Origin: Candidatus Woesearchaeota archaeon
GTDB lineage: Archaea; Nanobdellota; Nanobdellia; Pacearchaeales; GW2011-AR1
NCBI GenBank assembly: GCA_964557325.1
Contig: CAZKZO010000001.1
Location: 1,159 to 65,158, forward strand
DNA length: 64,000 nt
Reading direction: 5' to 3'
Part shown: piece after piece, positions 1-8,762 of the stretch
Layout: each line of letters starts with the position of its first letter
How positions within the stretch are numbered: position 1 is the first letter of the stretch
Program-made: the position numbers and the translations under genes
The notes under the pieces: generated by a model
The model's database searches: none
Told to the model about the DNA's origin: nothing
Seen by the model: only the letters and a program-made list of their open reading frames with translations

Positions 1-202
1 GTGTTGCACAATGTGGACAACCATCTCCCCAGAAAAAATAAATAGTTAATTTTTCAGGATTGCCTTGCAAATTTATTGAATTTAAATCTGAACTTTCCTT
101 TACCGCCTCTCCAGTGGAAAAAATACTTGAAGAATAAAACACAACTACTAACAATAAAACTATTACTATTCCAGTTCCTATATAAACATGTCTTTTATTC
201 AT
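1..202 (-). CDS. Membrane-anchored thioredoxin/glutaredoxin-like protein (runs off window)
   Basis: Manual translation MNKRHVYIGTGIVIVLLLVVVF...TIYFFWGDGCPHCAT: N-terminal TM plus CPHC motif; not in ORF track. Confidence 0.8.
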   Translation of the reverse strand, partial: MNKRHVYIGTGIVIVLLLVVVFYSSSIFSTGEAVKESSDLNSINLQGNPEKLTIYFFWGDGCPHCAT

Positions 203-249
203 AATAACATATTGACGCATATAGATATTTATAAATGTTTCTTTTTTGT

Positions 250-852
250 TCAATTTTCATATAAAAAGACCCCTCTAAAATCCTTAACTTTTTCATTGCC
301 ATCCATAAAAACTAATAATTCAAAACCATCTTGCCAATCTTCCCAAGAAACCAAAACAACTTTTTCTTCTAAAATTTTGTTAATGACTTCTTGTTTAGAT
401 TCATAATAAGATATATTTTTATTATTTGGAATTAATACATTAACCTCTTTTGGAGTTAAATAAGTATGAATATCTAAAGAAGGCAATTCAGAATATTCTA
501 AGAAATCTTTTTTATTGGTAACAAAAGTGTATCCTGATTTTAAGGTTGTTTCTTTGATATTTTTAGAAATTTCATTTAATTTTGCTTTTCTTCCAATTAA
601 ACCTTTATCAATTTGATTATTATTTAAAACAAATAAAACTTCTGATGCAGAACCAAATCTAACCAACTCATAATTATTGTTCTTAGCCAATTCCATAGCT
701 TCACTTTCCATAGTCGGGCAATAACCTAATTTTATTTTTTGTTTATCTTGAAGAATAATATTTCCTATCAAAGAAGATTGATTCACAAAAACAAAGGCAA
801 TTATTAAAACAAGCATCATTACAAAAAATAAATAAGTTTTTTTCTTTTCCAT
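250..852 (-). CDS. Membrane-anchored hypothetical protein, possibly substrate-binding-protein-like
   Basis: N-terminal TM; KIKLGYCPTM and GSASEVL..L...IDKGLIGR resemble PBP type 2; follows arsR. Confidence 0.45.
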   Translation of the reverse strand: MEKKKTYLFFVMMLVLIIAFVFVNQSSLIGNIILQDKQKIKLGYCPTMESEAMELAKNNNYELVRFGSASEVLFVLNNNQIDKGLIGRKAKLNEISKNIKETTLKSGYTFVTNKKDFLEYSELPSLDIHTYLTPKEVNVLIPNNKNISYYESKQEVINKILEEKVVLVSWEDWQDGFELLVFMDGNEKVKDFRGVFLYEN

Positions 853-858
853 CTTAAA

Positions 859-1152
859 TTAAGAACAACAACAGGATTTTTTTGTTATTTTTGCTTTTGA
901 AAAGCCTAATGCTTTTAACACATCACAAGCTTTTTTATCAGAAATAGAATAATAAACCCTTCTACCCTGTTTTCGTGATTTGACAATGCCTGCCTTTTTT
1001 AAGATATCTAATTGAGTAGAAATAGTTGATTGCGTTCTTTTAACACAAGGAAAAATCTCGCAAACACATTTTTCTCCATCTAACAAAAACTCGATAATCT
1101 TTAATCTTGTTTCATCAGCAAGAGCCTTTAAAATCATAAGTTCCTTTTTCAT
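859..1152 (-). CDS. arsR: ArsR/SmtB family transcriptional repressor
   Basis: LKALADETRLKII, CVCEI metal site, QSTISTQL..L...GIV, C-terminal CCC; start moved to ATG 1152 after a TATA box. Confidence 0.9.
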   Translation of the reverse strand: MKKELMILKALADETRLKIIEFLLDGEKCVCEIFPCVKRTQSTISTQLDILKKAGIVKSRKQGRRVYYSISDKKACDVLKALGFSKAKITKKSCCCS

Positions 1153-1155
1153 AAT

Positions 1156-1182
1156 ATATTGAAATTTATCAATTTTATAAAA
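1156..1182 (-). promoter_or_regulatory. Putative ArsR operator and TATA box
   Basis: ATTGA-N6-TCAAT inverted repeat (1158-1173) between TTTTATAAA and the ATG. Confidence 0.55.
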
Positions 1183-1313
1183 TTTCCTAAAAAAACAACC
1201 CTTCAATATTTCTTAATCCCACACGTTATATTTATATTTTCCCTTATTGGTTTTGTCTAATCTTTTTTGAAAAGATTAAATTTAAATATTTCTAGAAATA
1301 TTTAAAGTCGTTA

Positions 1314-1384
1314 GGGCGTATAGGCTAGTGGCAAACCGTGTCCTTGACGTGGACAATTCCCAAGTTCAATTCTTGGTACGCCCA
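1314..1384 (+). tRNA. tRNA-Val(GAC)
   Basis: Acceptor GGGCGTA/TACGCCC, anticodon arm TGTCC-TTGACGT-GGACA, T arm CCAAG-TTCAATT-CTTGG. Confidence 0.92.
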
Positions 1385-1399
1385 TTAACACAGATAAAA

Positions 1400-1696
1400 T
1401 CAAGGTTTAATTCCTGCAGAATCATTTCTTTTACTTATTTTTCCACCCTTACTCTGCCCCCATTTTTCATCAATAACTTTATAATCTAATTCTTTTTTAT
1501 CAATATCAGACATTTTACATAAAACTTCAAATAAATTCAAAGGCAATTTTCTTCTTTCAGAATAATAATTTTTTAGAGTATTATAATTTACATCTATGCC
1601 TCTATTTCTTAACTCTGATAAAGAAGGAGCCATTATTTTTTCAAGAAACAAATCAAAAAATTTTCTCTGATATCCTTTTTTAAAAGAAACTCTCAT
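1400..1696 (-). CDS. Hypothetical HTH-like protein
   Basis: SLSEL..GIDVNYNTLKNYY HTH-like segment; WGQSKGG tail. Confidence 0.5.
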   Translation of the reverse strand: MRVSFKKGYQRKFFDLFLEKIMAPSLSELRNRGIDVNYNTLKNYYSERRKLPLNLFEVLCKMSDIDKKELDYKVIDEKWGQSKGGKISKRNDSAGIKP

Positions 1697-1775
1697 AAAT
1701 TAACTGCGACACCATACTATAAAAAACTTTATAAAAGTAATTATATAAGTTTTTACATTAAATTTTACATTAAAA

Positions 1776-2087
1776 ATGAAAATACCAAAAACAACAAATA
1801 GGTTTTGCCCTTATTGCAATAAAAAAACAGAACAAAAAATAAAAATAGTTGGAACAGGCGGAAAACGAGGAACTTTGACAAGAGGAAGTATTTCAAGAGC
1901 TAAAGCCCGTGGTTTAGGTAGAGGTATAGGTAACAAAGGAAAATGGGGAAGTAAACCAGCAGTTTCAAAATTCAAGCGTAAAAGTAAAACAACTAAAAAA
2001 ACAAACTTTATGTATACCTGCAAGGAATGTGGGAAATCAAAATATCAAAAAAAAGGTAAAAGAATAAGTAAACTAATACAAGAATAA
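1776..2087 (+). CDS. rpl44e: Ribosomal protein L44e (eL42)
   Basis: MKIPK...FCPYC...CKECG zinc ribbon, highly basic. Confidence 0.9.
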   Translation: MKIPKTTNRFCPYCNKKTEQKIKIVGTGGKRGTLTRGSISRAKARGLGRGIGNKGKWGSKPAVSKFKRKSKTTKKTNFMYTCKECGKSKYQKKGKRISKLIQE

Positions 2088-2089
2088 TT

Positions 2090-2737
2090 ATGACAAAAAC
2101 AAAAAAAAGACAGAAATTTTTCGATGTAGAAATGCCCATTATAGATAGAGAAACACAATTATATGGATATGATTTAAAAGAATTATCCGGGAAAATTATA
2201 AAATATGATTTAACAAGAATTTTAAGAGGAAAAAGTATTATGCTCAGGCTTAAAGTTGAAGTTAAAGATGATAAAGCTATTGCTCATCCAATCAGCTTTA
2301 AAATAATGCCTTTTTACATGAAAAGAATAGTAAGAAAAGGAACAAATTATATTGAAGATTCATTTTCTGCTAAAACAAAAGATGCTTTAATTAAAATAAA
2401 ACCTTTTTTAGTAACAAGAAGAAAAGTTTCAAAAGCTGTAAGAAAAACTTTAAGAGAAAAAGCAAAAGAAGAAATAAAATCTTATCTTGAAAACCAAACA
2501 ACAGAACAGATTTTTGAGGATATATTAAAAAACAAAATACAAAGACCTTTAAGTTTAAAGCTTAAGAAAATATACCCTCTTTCAATTTGTGAAATAAGAG
2601 TTTTTGAAATTGAAAAACATTTAGAAGAAAAACAAAGTAAATCTCAAACACAAGGCAAATCAAAGACTGATGAAAAACATGAGGATAAAAAAACAGAAAA
2701 ATCAAATAAAATTAAAACAGAGGAAAGCGAAAAATGA
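2090..2737 (+). CDS. rps3ae: Ribosomal protein S3Ae (eS1)
   Basis: RIVRKGTNYIEDSF, KKIYPLSICEIR. Confidence 0.8.
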   Translation: MTKTKKRQKFFDVEMPIIDRETQLYGYDLKELSGKIIKYDLTRILRGKSIMLRLKVEVKDDKAIAHPISFKIMPFYMKRIVRKGTNYIEDSFSAKTKDALIKIKPFLVTRRKVSKAVRKTLREKAKEEIKSYLENQTTEQIFEDILKNKIQRPLSLKLKKIYPLSICEIRVFEIEKHLEEKQSKSQTQGKSKTDEKHEDKKTEKSNKIKTEESEK

Positions 2738-3297
2738 TAGAACAAACACTTGTTTTAATAAAACCAGATGGTGTTCAAAGAGGATTGATTGGAAATATTA
2801 TAAGCAGATTTGAAAACGTAGGCATGAAAATCGTAGCTATAAAGATGATTCAGGCTCAAAGAGATGTTTTAGAAAAACATTATTTCAAGGATGAAAAATG
2901 GCTAAAAGAAAAAGGAGAATTATTCAAAAAAAAATTAAAAATTTCAGAAGATAAAGACCCTATAAAAATTGGAAAAGGAATTGTAGAAAGCTTAATTAAA
3001 GACATGCAAATTTCTCCAATAATTGCAATTGTTCTTGAAGGTCACAATGCTACCTATACAGTAAAAAGACTTACTGGGCCAACAAATATTGATGAAGCAC
3101 TTCCAGGAACCATCAGAGGGGATTTTTCACACGATACCTTTGATTTAGCAAACAAATCAAATCGTCCAAACCTTACAATTATTCATGCAACAGACAATAA
3201 AAATAACGCTAAAAAAGAAATAGATTTTTGGTTTTCACCTGATGAGATTCATTCTTACACTAAACCAGAAGAAAGCATTCATTATAGAAAAGGATAA
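2734..3297 (+). CDS. ndk: Nucleoside diphosphate kinase
   Basis: EQTLVLIKPDGVQRGLIG, PGTIRGDF, IHATD catalytic His. Confidence 0.95.
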   Translation: MIEQTLVLIKPDGVQRGLIGNIISRFENVGMKIVAIKMIQAQRDVLEKHYFKDEKWLKEKGELFKKKLKISEDKDPIKIGKGIVESLIKDMQISPIIAIVLEGHNATYTVKRLTGPTNIDEALPGTIRGDFSHDTFDLANKSNRPNLTIIHATDNKNNAKKEIDFWFSPDEIHSYTKPEESIHYRKG

Positions 3298-3344
3298 TTA
3301 AAAAATAAATAATCTTTTAAACTAATTCTCTCTCTTAAATTTAA

Positions 3345-3416
3345 GCCTGTGTAGCTCAGTGGTAGAGTGGCTGCCTTGTAAGCAGTAGGTCGGGGGTTCA
3401 AATCCCTCCACAGGCT
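3345..3416 (+). tRNA. tRNA-Thr(TGT)
   Basis: Acceptor GCCTGTG/CACAGGC, anticodon loop CTTGTAA, GGTTCAAATCC T loop. Confidence 0.95.
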
Positions 3417-3465
3417 TATTATCACAACAATTCTTAAAAATAATCTTTGTATTTTGTTTTTTAAT

Positions 3466-3783
3466 ATGAATCTCAAAGGTGCGCAAAAGATAGTAGATGA
3501 ATGGGCCCAACAATTTGAAAAACCATATTTTTCTTCTTTAGAACAACTTGCTCAATTATTAGAAGAAGCTGGAGAATTATCAAGGCTAATACAGCACAAA
3601 GAAGGTAGAAAAAAATTGAAAAAAGGTGAAATAGAAAGAAATCTCGGAGAAGAATTATCAGATGTTCTTTTACCAATAATCTGTATTGCAAACAGTCAAA
3701 AAATTGATCTTGAAGAGGCTTTTTATAAGATGGTAGAAACTAGGTTATATGGAAGAGATAATAATAGGTACAAAAAGAAATAG
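3466..3783 (+). CDS. MazG-like nucleotide pyrophosphohydrolase
   Basis: LLEEAGEL ... EELSDVL acidic motif. Confidence 0.85.
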   Translation: MNLKGAQKIVDEWAQQFEKPYFSSLEQLAQLLEEAGELSRLIQHKEGRKKLKKGEIERNLGEELSDVLLPIICIANSQKIDLEEAFYKMVETRLYGRDNNRYKKK

Positions 3784-4095
3784 TCACTTTTTCTTTTTCT
3801 TTTTATGCTTGCCTGCAAATTTAAATTCAGAAAGCAAATTCGGAATTGCCCAAACAACAGCAATAAAACCAATTATAAAAATATAAACATAATACTCTGA
3901 AACATCATCTGTTAAAAAAGGTTTACCTGTAAGAGAAAAATATATTAAAGAAATTCCTGCATAAGCTAATGTTACAGCTAAAAATTTTTCTATAATTTCT
4001 GTTGGTTCTGAAATCATTCTCTTTTCAAATATCAAAACCATGAAATAGTAAAACAAAAAAATTCCTACTATCAATAAATAACTTAGATTAGTCAT
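3784..4095 (-). CDS. Hypothetical membrane protein (3 TM)
   Basis: Three hydrophobic segments, basic tail. Confidence 0.65.
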   Translation of the reverse strand: MTNLSYLLIVGIFLFYYFMVLIFEKRMISEPTEIIEKFLAVTLAYAGISLIYFSLTGKPFLTDDVSEYYVYIFIIGFIAVVWAIPNLLSEFKFAGKHKKKKKK

Positions 4096-4125
4096 GTTTA
4101 TTTCAAAGAAACAACACTTTTAAAT

Positions 4126-4449
4126 TTACTTCAACTTAACAGCTGTTCCATAAGCAAGCATTTCTGAAGCTCCTTGCATTATCATAGAAGTCATAAATCT
4201 TACATTTACTACTGCATCAGCCTTCATTTCTATAGCTTGATTCACCATTCTATTATAAGCTTCATCTCTTGCATCAGAAACCATTCCAGTATAAGTTTTT
4301 ATTTCCCCTCCAACAAAATTTTTCAATCCAGCACCAATATCTCTTCCAATATTTCTTGCTCTAACAGTATTTCCTCTAACAATACCTAAAACTTCCTTTA
4401 TTTTCTTTCCAGGAACTTCTTCAGTAGTTGTAATTATAATATCTTTCAT
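4126..4449 (-). CDS. YbjQ/UPF0145 family protein
   Basis: ITTTEEVPG, DIGAGLKNFVGGE, AYGTAVKL. Confidence 0.92.
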   Translation of the reverse strand: MKDIIITTTEEVPGKKIKEVLGIVRGNTVRARNIGRDIGAGLKNFVGGEIKTYTGMVSDARDEAYNRMVNQAIEMKADAVVNVRFMTSMIMQGASEMLAYGTAVKLK

Positions 4450-4658
4450 TTCCTACCTCCTTTCATTTTTTTAAGATTATTATCTTTTACTTTTTCTATC
4501 TTATCTTCATTTTTATTGAAAAATATAACTAATCCAAGAATAAAAAAAGGAAAACCATAAATCAAAACAAAATATCCTTTAAAAAAACCCATAACTATTA
4601 AACTAAATCCAATCAAAATAAAAATAGCTCCTGTTATTGTCCTACTTATAAAATTCAT
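4446..4658 (-). CDS. Small membrane protein
   Basis: Two TM segments; overlaps ybjQ start (ATGA). Confidence 0.65.
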   Translation of the reverse strand: MNFISRTITGAIFILIGFSLIVMGFFKGYFVLIYGFPFFILGLVIFFNKNEDKIEKVKDNNLKKMKGGRK

Positions 4659-4688
4659 GTTCCTAATAAATAATTTTTATTTTTAAAT

Positions 4689-5243
4689 TTACTTCTCAGC
4701 CAAATCTGCTTTATTATCTTCAATAAGTATATTAGCTATTTCTTTTGGAATGTTTGCAATTTGTCCTTTTTCAAAAGGCCCTAATTTATTTCCTTCTAAA
4801 TCTAAAAGCTCTTCAACATTTTCTCTAAAAATTAAAAGTTTATGTTTATCCTGTTTCTGTTTTTTTCCTTTTAATTGTTCATTAAGCTTCTGATCAGATT
4901 TATCAATACACTGCATCATTTCCTCAAAAAGAGTTTTCTCAAAATCAAACATGTTTTCAAAATCTCTCTTGGAAATTCCTGTTTCAGCAGCAATTAAAAC
5001 AAGATGGAGTATTTTTTTTCTCCTCCTCCTAATAAGCTCGCTAAAAAGCGTGTTTGCATTTTCAATTTGCTTCTGGGTTTTTGCAATAACATCTGAAAAA
5101 TCATCATCTTCTTTAGAAGCTAATTCTTTCTTTTCTTTCAAGTAATCTGATACTTCTAAAATAAAATTCTTAGGCAATGGCTGTAATTGGTCTGAATAAC
5201 GCTCCTTTCTTGCAGCTTCATAGATATCATTATATGTTATCAT
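4689..5243 (-). CDS. GINS complex subunit (Gins15-like)
   Basis: ER..QLQPLP..F, RRRKKI, C-terminal GPFEKGQIANIPKEIANILIE domain. Confidence 0.85.
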   Translation of the reverse strand: MITYNDIYEAARKERYSDQLQPLPKNFILEVSDYLKEKKELASKEDDDFSDVIAKTQKQIENANTLFSELIRRRRKKILHLVLIAAETGISKRDFENMFDFEKTLFEEMMQCIDKSDQKLNEQLKGKKQKQDKHKLLIFRENVEELLDLEGNKLGPFEKGQIANIPKEIANILIEDNKADLAEK

Positions 5244-5294
5244 AATTTAAAGAAAACAATTTAGTTTTTAATGATTATTGTATTTAAATATAAA

Positions 5295-5377
5295 TGCCCG
5301 CAAGCTATCCAGAAAGCATGATACTTTATCGAAAGAATTCCTATCACAGTTCAGATAGAAACCCGTCAGAAAAGGCA
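5295..5377 (-). ncRNA. Candidate minimal SRP RNA (4.5S-like)
   Basis: Rod-like hairpin with G-U pairs on the minus strand; GAAC...UAGG...AGUA resembles SRP helix 8 GAAC...CAGG...AGCA; near ftsY and srp54. Confidence 0.5.
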
Positions 5378-5422
5378 ATAAATCTAACAATTGTAACCAA
5401 CTAACCTCATTAAATTAACACA

Positions 5423-6724
5423 TTACCTTGCAAACCCTACTTTCTTCAACAAATCCTTTCCTTGAATCCTGCCCAAACTACCTGTTTTTGCATTTTTTTC
5501 ACAAAATTTTTTAGGTTCTTGTGCTTTTTTTTCAGAAGATTTAGCTTTTCCAAACACATTTAAAATTTTCTTTGGCTTTGGAATAGATTGATTATAAAAC
5601 AATACAGGAACAGGGTCTGAAGAATGTTCTTTTAGTTTACAAGGTGTTGAATGATCAGCAGTTACAACTATTTTAATTTGTTTTGGAGGTGCAAATTTTC
5701 TCAAAAACTTAAACAATGTTTTATCAATATATTCAAGCATATGTTTTTTCTCAATAGGTTTATTATCATGTCCTGGTAAATCTGTTTCTTTTATATGTAT
5801 ATATGCATAATCATATTTTTTATGATTTTTCTTTAAAGACTTAATTGAAAAACTACAAGCTTTTTTCAATCCATGCCAAAGATTCCTATAAACATCAATT
5901 CCTTTTAATTTAGGATATTTAAATGAAAAATTCTTCATTCCACACACCTTTGAAAAACCTATTTCCAAAGGCATATAACTAACAGACATCCATTTTTTAT
6001 AGAATTTTAATTTAGGTGTTTCAATTCCAGGCCCTCTCATAAGTAAAAAATTAGCAGGCAATAAACCTTTTTTCTTCCTATATCCATTTATAGGATGTTT
6101 ATCTAAAATTTCAAAAACCTTGTCTGCAAATCCATTCAATATATTAACAGTATATTGTGTGTTATCCTCATCATCTAATTCTTTAAAATTACTTATTTTT
6201 TCAACTTCTTTTGCCTTTCCTTTAGAATAAGTTAAATCATTCCCAGTAATATTATCTGAAAATCCTCCTTTTAAAACTAAAACACCTCTATGCTGAACCG
6301 TAGACTTAAACTCAAAATCACAAGGTAATTTTATCTTATTAATTGCTTTAGCCAAAATCTCAGATTCTTCACTTGAAAGAGTTCTTCCTGCTCTTCTATC
6401 TATTATATTTCCATTTTTAAGATTATCTATTGTTGCAAAATTAACTCTTAATGCCAAATCTCCTCTAGTTAATTTTATATCTGTTCCTCTTACTTCTAAT
6501 TGACCTCTTGTACTAGAAGTTATTTTATTTCCAAAAAGAGAAACAATTGCTTCATCTGATTCAGGCACAAAACCAGGCTTTACAGAATCCATAATACCCA
6601 TTTCACCCCTTGTAGCAAGAAAATCAAGATTAGGCATTTCAGCATCTTCTAAAGGAGTTTTTCCTTTTAACTGCCGGTGAGGTAAGTCACCCATTCCATC
6701 AATAATCACAAGTATTCCTTTCAT
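5423..6724 (-). CDS. apgM: 2,3-bisphosphoglycerate-independent phosphoglycerate mutase
   Basis: IIDGMGD, KTPLE.A..PNLD, PESD, DRRAGR, HIKETDLPGHD, TADHSTP. Confidence 0.93.
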   Translation of the reverse strand: MKGILVIIDGMGDLPHRQLKGKTPLEDAEMPNLDFLATRGEMGIMDSVKPGFVPESDEAIVSLFGNKITSSTRGQLEVRGTDIKLTRGDLALRVNFATIDNLKNGNIIDRRAGRTLSSEESEILAKAINKIKLPCDFEFKSTVQHRGVLVLKGGFSDNITGNDLTYSKGKAKEVEKISNFKELDDEDNTQYTVNILNGFADKVFEILDKHPINGYRKKKGLLPANFLLMRGPGIETPKLKFYKKWMSVSYMPLEIGFSKVCGMKNFSFKYPKLKGIDVYRNLWHGLKKACSFSIKSLKKNHKKYDYAYIHIKETDLPGHDNKPIEKKHMLEYIDKTLFKFLRKFAPPKQIKIVVTADHSTPCKLKEHSSDPVPVLFYNQSIPKPKKILNVFGKAKSSEKKAQEPKKFCEKNAKTGSLGRIQGKDLLKKVGFAR

Positions 6725-6830
6725 TTTTAATTTCTTCTATTTAAATACATAAAAAATACGCATGAGTTCTTTATAAAAATTTATGTACATGATTAGTTAA
6801 TATTATAAATCATTTAACCCTTTTTTCAAT

Positions 6831-7943
6831 ATGTTTAAAAAATTCAAACAAAAATTAGGAAACTGGACTAAAAAAATCAGTAAAGTAGAAAAAAAGGAAA
6901 AATCTGAGAAAAAAACACAAACAACAAAACCTGTAAAAAACAAAGAAATTCCAACACCTATGAAATTTGAAGTTGGAACCCAATCTTACCAACCAGATAC
7001 AGAAAAAATAAAAGAAAAGCAAAAAGTCCTAAAGGAACAACCAAAGCCAGGTACAAAATCATTTTTAAAAAAAGTTACTTCAAAAATACAAAAGATTAAA
7101 ATAACTGAAAAAGAATTTGATATATATAGTGAAGAACTTGAAAATCTTCTTCTTGAAAACAATGTTGCACTTGAAGTAACTGAAAAAATAATTAAAGAAT
7201 TAAAAGAAAAAATAATAAGCAAGGAACTCTTGAAAAAAGAAATTGAATCTGAAATAAAAGATGCACTTAAAGAAATAATAAAAAATATCTTAATTGAACC
7301 TTTTGATATTGAAGAAAAAATAAAAGAAAAAAAAGAAGATCAAACAAAAGAACCTTTTGTAATTTTATTCTGTGGAGTAAACGGCACTGGTAAAACAACA
7401 ACAATTGCAAAAATAACCCATCATTTAAAGAAAAAAGGATTTTCTTGCTTATTAGCTGCAGGAGACACTTTCAGGGCTGCTAGCATAGAACAATTAAAAA
7501 AACACGGAGAAAGATTGAACACCAAAGTAATTGCTAATGAATATGGTTCTGACCCTGCTTCTGTTGGTTTTGATGCTATAAAACATGCAAAAAAGAATTT
7601 TATTGATGTAGTTTTAATAGATACTGCAGGAAGAATGCATACTTCAAAAAACCTTATGAGGGAAATAGAAAAAATAAACAAAGTCTGCAAACCTGATTTG
7701 AAATTATTTATAGGAGAAAGTATTGCAGGAAATGATTCTATAGAACAAATAAGAAGTTTTGACTGGGCTGTAAAAATAAATGGAATCATACTAACAAAAG
7801 CAGATGTAGATGAAAAAGGCGGAACTGCACTCTCTTTAGGATATGTCACAAAAAAACCAATCATCTTTTTAGGCACAGGACAGGAATATGATGAAATAGA
7901 AGTATTTAACAAAAACAAATTCTTAAAAGGGCTGGGTTTGTGA
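6831..7943 (+). CDS. ftsY: SRP receptor FtsY
   Basis: GVNGTGKTTT, DTFRAAS, DTAGR, TKADVDEKGG. Confidence 0.95.
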   Translation: MFKKFKQKLGNWTKKISKVEKKEKSEKKTQTTKPVKNKEIPTPMKFEVGTQSYQPDTEKIKEKQKVLKEQPKPGTKSFLKKVTSKIQKIKITEKEFDIYSEELENLLLENNVALEVTEKIIKELKEKIISKELLKKEIESEIKDALKEIIKNILIEPFDIEEKIKEKKEDQTKEPFVILFCGVNGTGKTTTIAKITHHLKKKGFSCLLAAGDTFRAASIEQLKKHGERLNTKVIANEYGSDPASVGFDAIKHAKKNFIDVVLIDTAGRMHTSKNLMREIEKINKVCKPDLKLFIGESIAGNDSIEQIRSFDWAVKINGIILTKADVDEKGGTALSLGYVTKKPIIFLGTGQEYDEIEVFNKNKFLKGLGL

Positions 7944-8060
7944 GTCTAAAAATAACTTATTACTCTTTTTCCTTTTAATCAAATTATTTTTAACAAAATA
8001 AATTTCCTATAGCACAAAAAATCTTAATTCAAAAATATCTAGTTATTTCACATAAGCATT

Positions 8061-8678
8061 TTATCTCTTAAAAATTCTTCCAAAAATTAATCCTTTTCTT
8101 TTCTTAAGATAGATAAAAGCAATTGCTGAAGCAATTAAAGCTCCTAATGAATCTACAATTAAATCACTCATAGTATCTGCCAAACCAGATTTCTGCATAT
8201 TTAATCCAAAAAAAGAATCCATAGAAAACTCAAAAATCTCCCATAAAGCACCAATAGCAATGGCAAATGAAAAAGAAAACAATGCAATTGCCCATGGTCT
8301 TGCTTTTAACTCATGCCTATTAACCATAAAATAAAGAAAAGTAAATCCAATAAATCCAAACACTATTGCTGAAAAACTATGCAAAAGAACATCCCACCAC
8401 CAAAACTTATAATAAAACCCTTGTATGCTTCCTAAAAACAATGCTGCATAAATAAACAACACACTAATTAATTCTATTTCTATAGGAATCCTTATTTTTA
8501 ATCTTTTAATAAAAAAAGGAAGTAAAACCAAGCCTAAAGTAACCAAAGAAACAAATAAAACCAAATACTCTTGTTGAAAAACAGACAAAATAATAGCATA
8601 TATTAAGGAAGCAAGGATTATTAAGGCCAAAACCCTATAAATTTTTTTTACATGCCTTAAATAGCCCTCACTTCTCAT
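8061..8678 (-). CDS. Integral membrane protein (DUF2238-like)
   Basis: WWWDVLLH, GALWEIFEF, DTMSDLIVD. Confidence 0.7.
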   Translation of the reverse strand: MRSEGYLRHVKKIYRVLALIILASLIYAIILSVFQQEYLVLFVSLVTLGLVLLPFFIKRLKIRIPIEIELISVLFIYAALFLGSIQGFYYKFWWWDVLLHSFSAIVFGFIGFTFLYFMVNRHELKARPWAIALFSFSFAIAIGALWEIFEFSMDSFFGLNMQKSGLADTMSDLIVDSLGALIASAIAFIYLKKRKGLIFGRIFKR

Positions 8679-8762
8679 TTAAAAATAAAACATGTTTGAT
8701 TTAAAAAATTATTCCAAACAAGAAACCCAAAATTTATTAACCTTTTATTTCCTTTTTCTGTT

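Noticed and set aside
3282..3513. ORFs 3282-3476 and 3322-3513
   Set aside because: Antisense to tRNA-Thr.
5294..5404. 36-aa plus-strand ORF (MPASYPESM...) over the structured element; also tRNA, 5S rRNA, SECIS and hammerhead readings
   Set aside because: No recognisable protein features and the TATA-like box is too close to the ATG; no cloverleaf, 5S or CUGANGA/GAAA core; G-U pairing favours a minus-strand RNA.
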